DNA from: Gemmatimonadota bacterium
Lineage (GTDB): Bacteria > Gemmatimonadota > Gemmatimonadetes > Gemmatimonadales > Gemmatimonadaceae
NCBI GenBank assembly: GCA_031372565.1
Contig: JANMLN010000034.1
Location: 1-46,619 of the forward strand
Direction of reading: 5' to 3'
Length of the DNA stretch: 46,619 nucleotides
A program made the translations under genes and the position numbers. Of the stretch, positions 19,953 to 33,882 are shown in pieces; the first letter of the stretch is position 1; every line of letters starts with the position of its first letter. The notes below the pieces were generated by a model. The model searched no databases. It had not been told where the DNA came from and worked only from the letters and a program-made list of their open reading frames with translations.

Positions 19953-21638
19953 TCATTTCCGGCCGAACAGCGAGGTGATGACGCGCAGTTCGATGCGGTC
20001 CTGAAACAGGAACGGCGTGTTCTCGCCGCCCACCGTCATGATGCGCTGCCAGCGCACGTCGAGCGGAATGCCCGTCTTGCCGCGCGCGGCGGCGGCCACG
20101 GTCGAGTACGCGACGCCGAATCCCACGCGGTGGGCGATCTGTCGTGGCGTGCCGAGCACCGACGGATCGAGTGTCAGCGGGGAGCCGCTGTACGGGTCAG
20201 TGATCGTGATCGGGCCGCCGGAGAAGGTGGTCGAGCGTCGCAGGAGCAGCTGGTAATCAGCCGAGATGCCGAACGCGTCGTTGAACATCCAGCGCGGGGT
20301 GATCTCGAGATCGGCATACGCGCCCAGTTGCCGACGAATGGTGGCCGTCCGCGAGATCGGAATGATCGCTTCGTCGGCGCTGAGCGGAATGCGACGGTCA
20401 ACATCCTGTGCGAGCAGGTGCGTGTAGCGCCCCGTGATCGAGGCCCAGAAGTGGTCACCCCACACCACGTCGGTGCTTGATCGCACTTCGACGCCCATGG
20501 CCCCATCGCCGGCGCCCACGTCGAGTGGTTTGCCCAGGTACGGCTTCGCGGCATTGCCCAGCTTGAAGGCGAGCCCGGCCGTGCTGCGAAGGTGAAGGCC
20601 CTTCGGATTGGCCCGGCCCGAATCGCGGGGCGCGCCGTCGAGCGTGTTGAGCCACTGGAAGCGCAGCGAGGCCTCGGCATCACCCATGGCCGTGCGTTCG
20701 AGGACGGTGAGGGTGTCGCTCTGCACACCGTATCCGCCGCCGTAGAGCACGGTGTTGAAGTCGCCGAGAGCCATGCGCGTGACCGCCGGAATCGGACGCG
20801 CGGTGATCGGGTCCGTGGCTCCGGGCGCGAGGCCAAGCGCGGCACGCAGCTGGCCGTTGATGTTGCTGAACCGGGCCTGCAATGCGGTGTGGAGCGGACT
20901 CGCCGCAAAGGGCGCGAAGCGGCCCGCCGTTCCATACACCCGCGCCACGCCGCTTCCCAACGCGGCCGTGTTGCGCGCAAGCGCGATCGTACCGGCACAT
21001 CCGCCCCCCGGTGAGGGGCCGAAGCAGGCCGGGAACGCGGCCTGCAGCGCCGTGACCGCGGCATTGGCCTGCGTCTGGACGGCCGTCGCCTGCCCACCGA
21101 TGGCGTTACTGCCGAACCCCGGATTGAGACCGACATTGGCCGTGGTGGGATCAACCCGATTGATGTCGAACACGGCACCGGCATACGACAACACCAGCGG
21201 CACCGTCGCCGTCAGCGTAAGGCGGCGTGTGAGGCCGAATTCGAAGGTGAACGGGATCGCCGTCTGGTGGAGCTCGCTTCGGAGCCGCGTGGCCCCGATC
21301 GAGACGCGCGTGCTCGAGTCGCCAAGCGCGGCGCGCAGCCCGCCTTCGGTCGGCACCAGGCCACCGAAGAACGCGCTGCCCGCGCTCGGCTGGGTAAACC
21401 GTGAGAAGATCGGCGTGCGATTGCCCGAGGCGTCGAGTTGCTCATCCCAGGCACCCCAGCGGGCGCCGAACCCCCAGCGGAGTTCGCCGCGCCGCAACAC
21501 CTGCGCATCGTCGCCAGCGCCAAAGATCCGCTGGGCGTCCGCTGCGGACGGTACCACGAGCCCGAGTAGCAGCGCCAGCAGCCCGGCGCGGGCGGTTCGG
21601 CAGGGAGGACGAAACGGCACGGCATCGCGGATCGGCAC
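19953..21638 (-). CDS. Exported protein, probable outer-membrane beta-barrel
   Basis: Signal peptide (LLALLLGLVVPSAADA|Q), alternating amphipathic strands (IPFTFEFGLTRRLTL, MGDAEASLRFQW, LEITPRWMF). The start codon is uncertain. Confidence 0.65.
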   Translation of the reverse strand: MPIRDAVPFRPPCRTARAGLLALLLGLVVPSAADAQRIFGAGDDAQVLRRGELRWGFGARWGAWDEQLDASGNRTPIFSRFTQPSAGSAFFGGLVPTEGGLRAALGDSSTRVSIGATRLRSELHQTAIPFTFEFGLTRRLTLTATVPLVLSYAGAVFDINRVDPTTANVGLNPGFGSNAIGGQATAVQTQANAAVTALQAAFPACFGPSPGGGCAGTIALARNTAALGSGVARVYGTAGRFAPFAASPLHTALQARFSNINGQLRAALGLAPGATDPITARPIPAVTRMALGDFNTVLYGGGYGVQSDTLTVLERTAMGDAEASLRFQWLNTLDGAPRDSGRANPKGLHLRSTAGLAFKLGNAAKPYLGKPLDVGAGDGAMGVEVRSSTDVVWGDHFWASITGRYTHLLAQDVDRRIPLSADEAIIPISRTATIRRQLGAYADLEITPRWMFNDAFGISADYQLLLRRSTTFSGGPITITDPYSGSPLTLDPSVLGTPRQIAHRVGFGVAYSTVAAAARGKTGIPLDVRWQRIMTVGGENTPFLFQDRIELRVITSLFGRK

Positions 21639-21712
21639 CCCTGAAGGATAACGGCGCGGTGGCGCATGGTGCGATGCGCGGTCAACTTACGAGGCTCCCT
21701 TTCCCACGAGAC

Positions 21713-23497
21713 ATGCGACCGATTGTCCCGCCCGTCGTGAGCTGGCAGTTCACCGGCAACCACTGGCTGACCCTGCCGTGCATCCACCCCGTCGATGGCG
21801 CCGTGCACGCGCTGGGGGTGTTGCATCGCGGGGCGCGGGGGGCCGTGGAGTTTGCCGGATCCGCCGACTTTGTCGCCGGCGCGGGCCCGGGACTCCTGAC
21901 GCCGCGCGTGACGGTCAACGGCGTCGAGCGACGGTTGGCGGAGGGGGGGATCGCCTGGGAGCGCGCGCTGGCGTGGCTGCCCACCTTCACGGCCAAGCTC
22001 GACGACCTGGTCATTCGCGGGACGGTCTTTGCGCCGTTCGGTCGCGATGCCGACATGGCCGGCGCGGTCTATGCCGTGACGGTGGAGAACCGCGGGAAGC
22101 GCCCCGTGGCGGTCGAGGTTGCCCTCGACGGGCTGCTTGGACATCGACAGCAACGGGTGCGCACCGCGCGGTCGTACGATGACGCGCATCGCGTCACGGC
22201 CGCAGACGACGGGATCGTGGTGATGGAGGGCTCCGCGCTGCCGGGGGTCGTGTCGCTGGCGGTCGGGGCCGAGGGCGACGCAGCCGTGACGATGCGCGCG
22301 GGCACCACGCCGGGGTTCACCCTCACGATCCAGCGCACCATCGGTGCCGGCACGACCAGCGAGGCGGCCTTCTATCTGGGCGCCGGTCCCGAGCGGGATG
22401 GCGCGATCGCGACCGTGGGCGTGTTACGGCGGCGTGGATGGCGCGCGCTGCTCAACGCCACGCGCGAGGCCGTGCGGTCGCTCGAGCAGGAGACCGGGAA
22501 CGAGCGCGTGGATCGGCTGGTCATGTCGCACCTGTTGTTCGCGTACTTCTACGCCGTCGGGCGCGCGCTCGACGATGCGCACTACTACATCGTGCGCAGT
22601 CGCGCCCCATGGAATGGACGCGGCATGACGGTGCGTGATTGGGAGGCGCTCATGTGGACGGTGCCCGCCGTGCAGCTGGCCGATCCGCAACTTGGGCGCG
22701 AACTGCTGCTGCGCATGTGCGAAGTGCACGGGTATGCGCCGGGGCAGGGGGTGCACTACCTCGACGGCACCCTGTTCGAGCCGGGGTTCCTGCTCGAAGG
22801 GATCGCCGCATATCCCATCGCGATCGACCGCTATATTCGTGACTCGGGCGACGAGCAGGTCGTGGAAGAGCCGCTCGTGGCCGATGCGCTCTACGGTGCG
22901 GAGGCTGATCTGCGGACGCGGCGTGATCAGCACGTACCACTCTACGCGACCGATGTGACCTTGGGCGGTGATACCGCCACGCAACCATTCACGCTGCACG
23001 GCAACGCGGCGGTGGCGTTGGCGCTCGATATTCTCCGCCGGACGCTCGACGAAGAGGCCTCCAAGGAGGTGCCGGACCCCGACGCGACCCGCGCCGCCAT
23101 TCGGCGGCATCTCGTGGTGGACAAGGCGGGAAAGCCCGTCTTCGCCTCGGCGACCGATCTCGCGGGACAACTCGTGGCCGTCGATGATCCGCTGGCCAGC
23201 GCGCTGTGGCTTCCGCTGCTCGACGCCGCCACGCGAGAAGAGTCGATCTACCGGCGCACGGCCAAGGGGCTCCCCGGCCACGAGCCGGTGCTCGTCTACG
23301 AGATCGCTCGCCTGCTCGGCCCCGACTCCGAGGCGGCGCTGGCGTGGCTGCAGTCGGCCGCGCTCGACCAGGGCAAGGCCGCCGAGTTCGTGGATGAGGC
23401 TGGGCTGGCAACGGGAAACGGTGGCGATGCCGCGCTCTCGGGGCTCCTGGCGTACATGGTGTGGTTCGTCATGCACACCTCGGGCGGCCGCGCGTAG
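21713..23497 (+). CDS. Six-hairpin glycosidase-like protein (GH125-like)
   Basis: N-terminal beta-rich domain followed by helical repeats; LFAYFYAVGRALD, RSRAPW, HYLDG.LFEPGF resemble GH125-annotated proteins. Start is ATG 21713 or 21674. Confidence 0.55.
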   Translation: MRPIVPPVVSWQFTGNHWLTLPCIHPVDGAVHALGVLHRGARGAVEFAGSADFVAGAGPGLLTPRVTVNGVERRLAEGGIAWERALAWLPTFTAKLDDLVIRGTVFAPFGRDADMAGAVYAVTVENRGKRPVAVEVALDGLLGHRQQRVRTARSYDDAHRVTAADDGIVVMEGSALPGVVSLAVGAEGDAAVTMRAGTTPGFTLTIQRTIGAGTTSEAAFYLGAGPERDGAIATVGVLRRRGWRALLNATREAVRSLEQETGNERVDRLVMSHLLFAYFYAVGRALDDAHYYIVRSRAPWNGRGMTVRDWEALMWTVPAVQLADPQLGRELLLRMCEVHGYAPGQGVHYLDGTLFEPGFLLEGIAAYPIAIDRYIRDSGDEQVVEEPLVADALYGAEADLRTRRDQHVPLYATDVTLGGDTATQPFTLHGNAAVALALDILRRTLDEEASKEVPDPDATRAAIRRHLVVDKAGKPVFASATDLAGQLVAVDDPLASALWLPLLDAATREESIYRRTAKGLPGHEPVLVYEIARLLGPDSEAALAWLQSAALDQGKAAEFVDEAGLATGNGGDAALSGLLAYMVWFVMHTSGGRA

Positions 23498-23539
23498 CGA
23501 CGCCACGCCGCGTACCTCCATCGCGTCGTCGCCCCCCGC

Positions 23540-23568
23540 TTGTCGGCTCCGACGCGCTGCCGTAGACT
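23540..23568 (+). promoter_or_regulatory. sigma70 promoter of tRNA-Gly
   Basis: TTGTCG-N17-TAGACT ending 9 nt before the tRNA. Confidence 0.65.
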
Positions 23569-23577
23569 CATGGCGAC

Positions 23578-23650
23578 GCGGGAATAGCTCAGTTGGTAGA
23601 GCACAACCTTGCCAAGGTTGGGGTCGCGGGTTCGAGTCCCGTTTCCCGCT
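23578..23650 (+). tRNA. tRNA-Gly(GCC)
   Basis: Acceptor GCGGGAA/TTCCCGC, anticodon arm CAACC-TTGCCAA-GGTTG, GGTTCGA T-loop; CCA not encoded. Confidence 0.98.
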
Positions 23651-23660
23651 CTGCATGCAC

Positions 23661-23690
23661 ACGGGGGTGGCCAATGCTGGCCATCCCCGT
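23661..23690 (+). terminator. Hairpin between the two tRNAs (terminator or processing stem)
   Basis: ACGGGGGTGGCCA-ATGC-TGGCCATCCCCGT, 13-bp stem with a weak U-tract. Confidence 0.55.
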
Positions 23691-23752
23691 TGCGCGTTTC
23701 TGATCACCGGGGCTGGCTCGTACAGGGCGCGGCGCGGCATCTTGGACCGAGC

Positions 23753-23838
23753 GCCGGGGTGGCGAAACTGGTAGACGCGGGGGACTTAAAATCCCCTTCC
23801 TCGAAAGAGGAGCGTGGGTTCGAGTCCCACCCCCGGCA
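23753..23838 (+). tRNA. tRNA-Leu(TAA)
   Basis: Acceptor GCCGGGG/CCCCGGC, anticodon arm GGGGA-CTTAAAA-TCCCC, long variable arm TCCTC-GAAA-GAGGA, discriminator A. Confidence 0.97.
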
Positions 23839-23845
23839 TGGCATG

Positions 23846-25159
23846 CTAGAACGCCGACCACTGGTCGGAGTACGTGTTGCGGACGGCCTTGAGGCCGGTG
23901 GTGGCCGATGCGCCGGCTGAGCCGCTCACGCCGCGCATGGCGCGGGACACGGCACAGCTGTTGTACGTCACGGTCTTGTTGCCGTTGAACGTGGCGCGAT
24001 TCGCAGCGAGAATGGCACTCGTCGCCCACCCCGCATCGCTGGTTGCGCGGAGTCCGCTCACCACCGCGCCACTGATGCTGTTGTTTCCATTGAACGTGAA
24101 GCTCTCGCCGATGAGGAAGACCCCTTCATAGGGCCCGCCGCTCCCACCGTTGCTCGTCGCCGATCCGGTGATCATGACGCGACCGCGAATGCGGACGCCG
24201 TTCCCGCACAGGCTGCCAAGCGCGTACGACGATCCCCCCGTGTTGTTGACGAGAATCGTGGGAGCATAGCCCGTGTCGCTCGACATGCGCGCACACGCTG
24301 TGCTCGGCAGTCCGGTGGTTCCGCCCGCAGGATCGACGATGAGATCGGGGGTGACGCCGGTCAACCCGGACGCCGTCGTCCAGGGAAGGTTGAGCGCGGC
24401 GCTCAGCGTCGAGATCGTGCGCGTACTGTCCACGCCTTTCACGCTCAGGCCGTTGGAGCTTCCGGACCAGCCAGCGCCCGCGTTCTTCGCCACGACGAAC
24501 GCAAACCGGTCGGTATCCTGCCCGCAGGCATCGGCGCCGCTGTAGGTACCGGCCCCGCCGTTGCGCGAGGCACCCGAGAGGCTCACCCACGCGCTCAACA
24601 CCGTCAGGCCTCCCGTGCCTGAACCGCTCGACCCCCCAGTGCCGGTCGGCACGAACCAGGCCGTCATCGTGATCGTGCGCTCGATCGCGGGCATGCGCGC
24701 GTTCGTGGCACGCGCCACGATGCCCCGCACGCGAATGAGCCAGAGCGACGAATCCGTGGCCGTGGTGCCACGGCGCCAGAGAAACGCCTTGACCTCGGCC
24801 GTGTCGGGAACGCGCGTCCCGCCGGACATGCGCCGGAGCCGCACGTCCGACACGTCGAGTGTAAGCCGCGTGGTGACACTTGAATCAGGCGCCACGCGCG
24901 CGCTCCCCGACGTCGGCGCCATCGAATCGGTCATGGTCGTTGGTGGTGCGGCCATGAACATCGCCATCCCGGCCTGTGCAACCAGCAAGGCATCTTGCTC
25001 CCCCTGCCGTGCGTCGGCAATGCGCCCCTCGGCGGACACGTACGAGAATGCGCCCGCCACGGCTGCCGAGAGCACCGCCAGAATGATGAGCACCATCGGG
25101 AGGACCACGCCCTTGCGCGCTGTGTGGTCACGGCCGATGGGCAGCGACGCGCGGCTCAC
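23846..25159 (-). CDS. PilX-like minor pilin
   Basis: GTG 25159 overlaps the upstream TGA; RKG|VVLPMVLIILAVL lacks Glu5; Gly/Ser/Thr-rich C-terminal domain. Confidence 0.75.
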   Translation of the reverse strand: MSRASLPIGRDHTARKGVVLPMVLIILAVLSAAVAGAFSYVSAEGRIADARQGEQDALLVAQAGMAMFMAAPPTTMTDSMAPTSGSARVAPDSSVTTRLTLDVSDVRLRRMSGGTRVPDTAEVKAFLWRRGTTATDSSLWLIRVRGIVARATNARMPAIERTITMTAWFVPTGTGGSSGSGTGGLTVLSAWVSLSGASRNGGAGTYSGADACGQDTDRFAFVVAKNAGAGWSGSSNGLSVKGVDSTRTISTLSAALNLPWTTASGLTGVTPDLIVDPAGGTTGLPSTACARMSSDTGYAPTILVNNTGGSSYALGSLCGNGVRIRGRVMITGSATSNGGSGGPYEGVFLIGESFTFNGNNSISGAVVSGLRATSDAGWATSAILAANRATFNGNKTVTYNSCAVSRAMRGVSGSAGASATTGLKAVRNTYSDQWSAF

Positions 25160-26049
25160 GGCGAGTTGCGGAAGAAGATCGAGGTCGCGACGCGCGCCGC
25201 CTCGCTGGTCGTGCGCCCTTGCGCAATCCGTGGACTGAGGCCGGGGAGCACGAACTGCACGCCGCGAATCGTGGTCGCATCGGATGGCGGCGAGGTGCGC
25301 GCCGTGTCCGAGCTCGTGGCGTCGAAGTAGCGGAAGCGGGCCCCCGTATCGAGTGGCGAGAGCAACTCGACTTCGGTCCCGCTCGCCCCCACCGTCACGA
25401 ACAGGGCGCGGCGCTGCGGTGAGGTGAAGCTCGCCGAGTTCCCGAACCGGTACCGCATCTGCACGTAGAGCATCACCGTACTGCCGCGCGCCGGCGCCGG
25501 GGACATGGCGCTCACCAGCGAGGCGAGGCGCAGCCCGTTCGCGCCGCCACCCGTGACGATCGCGGGTGCCGGGGAGGCGCACGCGGTGGAGCTGGAGGGG
25601 ACCGTGACCCACGTGCCGGTCCGGCTGGTATACGTGTACCCGCTCACCCCCGTGCGCGTGGCGTAGCCATCGAAGGCGGTCGCGCCCAGTCCGGCGAAGG
25701 TCAGCCGCGTGGAGTCGTACGGCGCCAGCACCAGCGTGGAGGCGTCGCACGCGATCGCGAAGGTGATCGGCACGCGCACGGTCAACGACGTGTCGCTGGG
25801 TGGCGTCGGCGTGGTCGCGATGCCGGTCGACGTTCCGCTGTTGAACTCCACCATGCGGAGGTCCGCGCCGATCAACGCCGTGCCCGTGGTGACCGAGGCG
25901 CGCGCCTCACGCGCCATGGCATCACGCGCCACGAACCGGTTCTGGGCGACCAGGACCTGCACCATGGCGGCACCGATCATGGCGCCGATGACCAGGGCGA
26001 CGATCAGTTCGACGAGCGTGAAGCCCGATCGCTGCGAGACCGTGCGCAT
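25156..26049 (-). CDS. PilW-like minor pilin
   Basis: MRTVSQRSG|FTLVELIVALVIG; ends IFFRNSP. Confidence 0.85.
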   Translation of the reverse strand: MRTVSQRSGFTLVELIVALVIGAMIGAAMVQVLVAQNRFVARDAMAREARASVTTGTALIGADLRMVEFNSGTSTGIATTPTPPSDTSLTVRVPITFAIACDASTLVLAPYDSTRLTFAGLGATAFDGYATRTGVSGYTYTSRTGTWVTVPSSSTACASPAPAIVTGGGANGLRLASLVSAMSPAPARGSTVMLYVQMRYRFGNSASFTSPQRRALFVTVGASGTEVELLSPLDTGARFRYFDATSSDTARTSPPSDATTIRGVQFVLPGLSPRIAQGRTTSEAARVATSIFFRNSP

Positions 26050-26053
26050 TCGA

Positions 26054-26506
26054 TCAGAACGACACGCCGCCCGCCTGAACGCGCACGAGCCGGGCGTTGA
26101 GACGTACGAAGTTGAGCGCGACGGCATTCGAGTCCGACGGAATGCTCGTCACCGCTCCGGCGCGCTGATTCACGGGCGCGAGGACGTTGACCGAGACCTG
26201 CCGCTGTGTCGTGCTCACGACGGAGACGGTATCGCACCGGAAGAAGCGCAGCGTCCCCCGTGCCGAGATCGTGTCGAGCATGCAGCTACCCGTCGTACCC
26301 GATGTGGGCAGCGACGTGAACGCGGTCGCCTGCCACCCTTCGGTGCGCGTGGTCAGCACCGATCGGGCCAGCAGTCGGACCGCCACGCGGCGGCCCTGCA
26401 CGGATTGCACCGTCTGGAGTCCGGCGAGCCCCACGATGACGACGCTGAACAGCGTCATGCCCACGAGGATCTCCACCAGCGTGAAGCCGCCACGCGTCAC
26501 GCGCAT
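26054..26506 (-). CDS. PilV-like minor pilin
   Basis: MRVTRGG|FTLVEILVGMTLF class III signal. Confidence 0.85.
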   Translation of the reverse strand: MRVTRGGFTLVEILVGMTLFSVVIVGLAGLQTVQSVQGRRVAVRLLARSVLTTRTEGWQATAFTSLPTSGTTGSCMLDTISARGTLRFFRCDTVSVVSTTQRQVSVNVLAPVNQRAGAVTSIPSDSNAVALNFVRLNARLVRVQAGGVSF

Positions 26507-26991
26507 GCCGCCCCCGGCGCGATGGAACGCGCCTGCCCGCCCACGGTGAGCATGACGCGCCGCACGAGCGTGTCGGGCGCGTTGCCGGCCTGCAAGCGCA
26601 GACAGAGACCGCGCGTCAGCGAGCTCGGCAGGATGATGGCCGAGTCGGGCACGAGCGACACCTGCAGCCCGTACTCGCTGCTCGAGCCCAGGCTGCGGCG
26701 CACCCGGACCGTGTTCGTCCCCACGTCGCGAATCAGCAACTCACCGGTGCTCGCCTGCCACGCGACAACCATCGGCCTGCGCTGCATCGACGCCAACCCG
26801 GCGGCCTGACGCAGGTCGCCGGTCACGGTCGATTGGGCGCTGGACACGCGCCCCAGCGCCGCACTGCGCTGCACGCGCGGAAGCGCGGCTGCCAGCCCGA
26901 GGCCAGCGACCGTGACGACCATCAGCATCTCGATCATCGAGAAGCCGCGTCGCACCGATGGAGCGATCGTGTCGGGCAGGGAGATCATCAC
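26497..26991 (-). CDS. FimT/FimU/GspH-like minor pilin
   Basis: RRG|FSMIEMLMVV...ALPR, DLRQA...A...RRPMVV. Confidence 0.85.
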   Translation of the reverse strand: MMISLPDTIAPSVRRGFSMIEMLMVVTVAGLGLAAALPRVQRSAALGRVSSAQSTVTGDLRQAAGLASMQRRPMVVAWQASTGELLIRDVGTNTVRVRRSLGSSSEYGLQVSLVPDSAIILPSSLTRGLCLRLQAGNAPDTLVRRVMLTVGGQARSIAPGAACA

Positions 26992-27188
26992 AACTCGGGA
27001 GAACGCGTGGTTGGCGACTGCAGCGCGCCGCCAGGCACCCGTCGGTCGGATGCTTTCCTATTTTCGGCGCACGGATGCCCGGTCTTGACGCACTCGGCAT
27101 CGGAGGGCGCGGCCGCACGGGTCACCGAGCGAGGGTACCCTGCCTGCGTGCCGCATCGTACAATCCGGCTTCATCCAGCCCGCTGCCC

Positions 27189-28196
27189 ATGTTGCCGACC
27201 CAAGAGATTCAAGTAAAAGCGCACCATCGCGCCGCCGAGCAACCGGCGCTGCGGCCGTCCGAGGAGGAAACGCGCGATCTGGGCTTCGGCTCCGTCGTCG
27301 CCAGTGCCGCGCGTGAGCGTCTGCTCAACCAGGATGGCTCCTTCAACGTGCGCCGGCGCGGACTGGGCTTCTGGGAGACGTTCACCCCGTACCACCTGCT
27401 CGTCACGATGTCGTGGCCGCGCTTCCTCGGGCTCTCCGCCACGCTGTTCATGGGGATCAACGTTCTCTTCGCCGTGCTGTACTGGGTGCTGGGATCATCG
27501 GCGCTCCTGTCGCCCGGGGCGGAGAAGTTCGGCGGCGACTTCCTGCAGGCCTTCTTCTTCTCGGTCGAGACGTTCGCCACGATCGGCTACGGGCACATCG
27601 CGCCGATGGGAGTGCCCGCCAATCTGGTGATGACGGCTGAATCGCTGGTCGGCGTGCTGGCGCAGGCCCTGGTGACGGGCTTCACCTTCGCGCGCTTCGC
27701 TCGCCCGACGGCGATGATCCTGTTCAGCAACCGGGCGCTCATCGCGCCGTATCGCGGCGGCACCGCGCTCATGTTTCGCATCGCAAATCAGCGGAGCAAC
27801 GAGATCATCGAGCTGCAGGCGCAGGTGCTGGTCGCGAAGATGGAGACCACGCCGACGGGGCGAAAGCGCACCTTCGCGGCGATGAGCCTTGAACGCGCGC
27901 GCGTCGTCTTCTTTCCGCTGGCGTGGACGATCGTGCATCCGATCGACGAGGCGAGTCCGCTCTGGGGCGTCTCCGAAGATCAGTTGCTTGCCATGGACGC
28001 CGAGATCCTGATCCTGCTGAGCGGCTACGACGAGACGTATGCACAGCAGGTCCACACGCGCTCCTCGTACAAGGCGAGCGAGGTGGTGTGGAACGCGAAG
28101 TTCCGGAACATCTTCGACGCGAAGTCCAACGAGGGCGATGTCGCGCTCGAGGTCTCGCGTGTGCACGAGTACGACGTGCTGGACGCGCCGCGCTGA
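27189..28196 (+). CDS. Inward-rectifier potassium channel (KirBac-type)
   Basis: YHLLVTMSWPRF, AFFFSVETFATIGYG filter, FARFARP, LMFRIANQR, WTIVHPIDEASPL. Confidence 0.93.
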   Translation: MLPTQEIQVKAHHRAAEQPALRPSEEETRDLGFGSVVASAARERLLNQDGSFNVRRRGLGFWETFTPYHLLVTMSWPRFLGLSATLFMGINVLFAVLYWVLGSSALLSPGAEKFGGDFLQAFFFSVETFATIGYGHIAPMGVPANLVMTAESLVGVLAQALVTGFTFARFARPTAMILFSNRALIAPYRGGTALMFRIANQRSNEIIELQAQVLVAKMETTPTGRKRTFAAMSLERARVVFFPLAWTIVHPIDEASPLWGVSEDQLLAMDAEILILLSGYDETYAQQVHTRSSYKASEVVWNAKFRNIFDAKSNEGDVALEVSRVHEYDVLDAPR

Positions 28197-28374
28197 CACC
28201 GGGAGCGCTCGCGCAACCAGTCGCGACCTCCCAAGCTGTTGTAATCACGTCGGTTACGGCATCCCATACTTTCGAGTAGGACGTCCTGCCTTTTCAGGCA
28301 AGTAGTCGAAGCGCCGACGGGTGCGTTGATTTCCCTGCGCTCAGGTCACGCCCTCACGCCCGCCCGAGGAACGC

Positions 28375-33858
<5,484 letters not shown>

Positions 33859-33882
33859 CGGCGGCACCCGAGGAGAACGGAC

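Noticed and set aside
23753..23838. bldA-like regulation through the rare TTA codon
   Set aside because: The TTA codons I noticed are in unrelated genes (xseA, GH125-like, coiled-coil gene), and this tRNA is near-universal.
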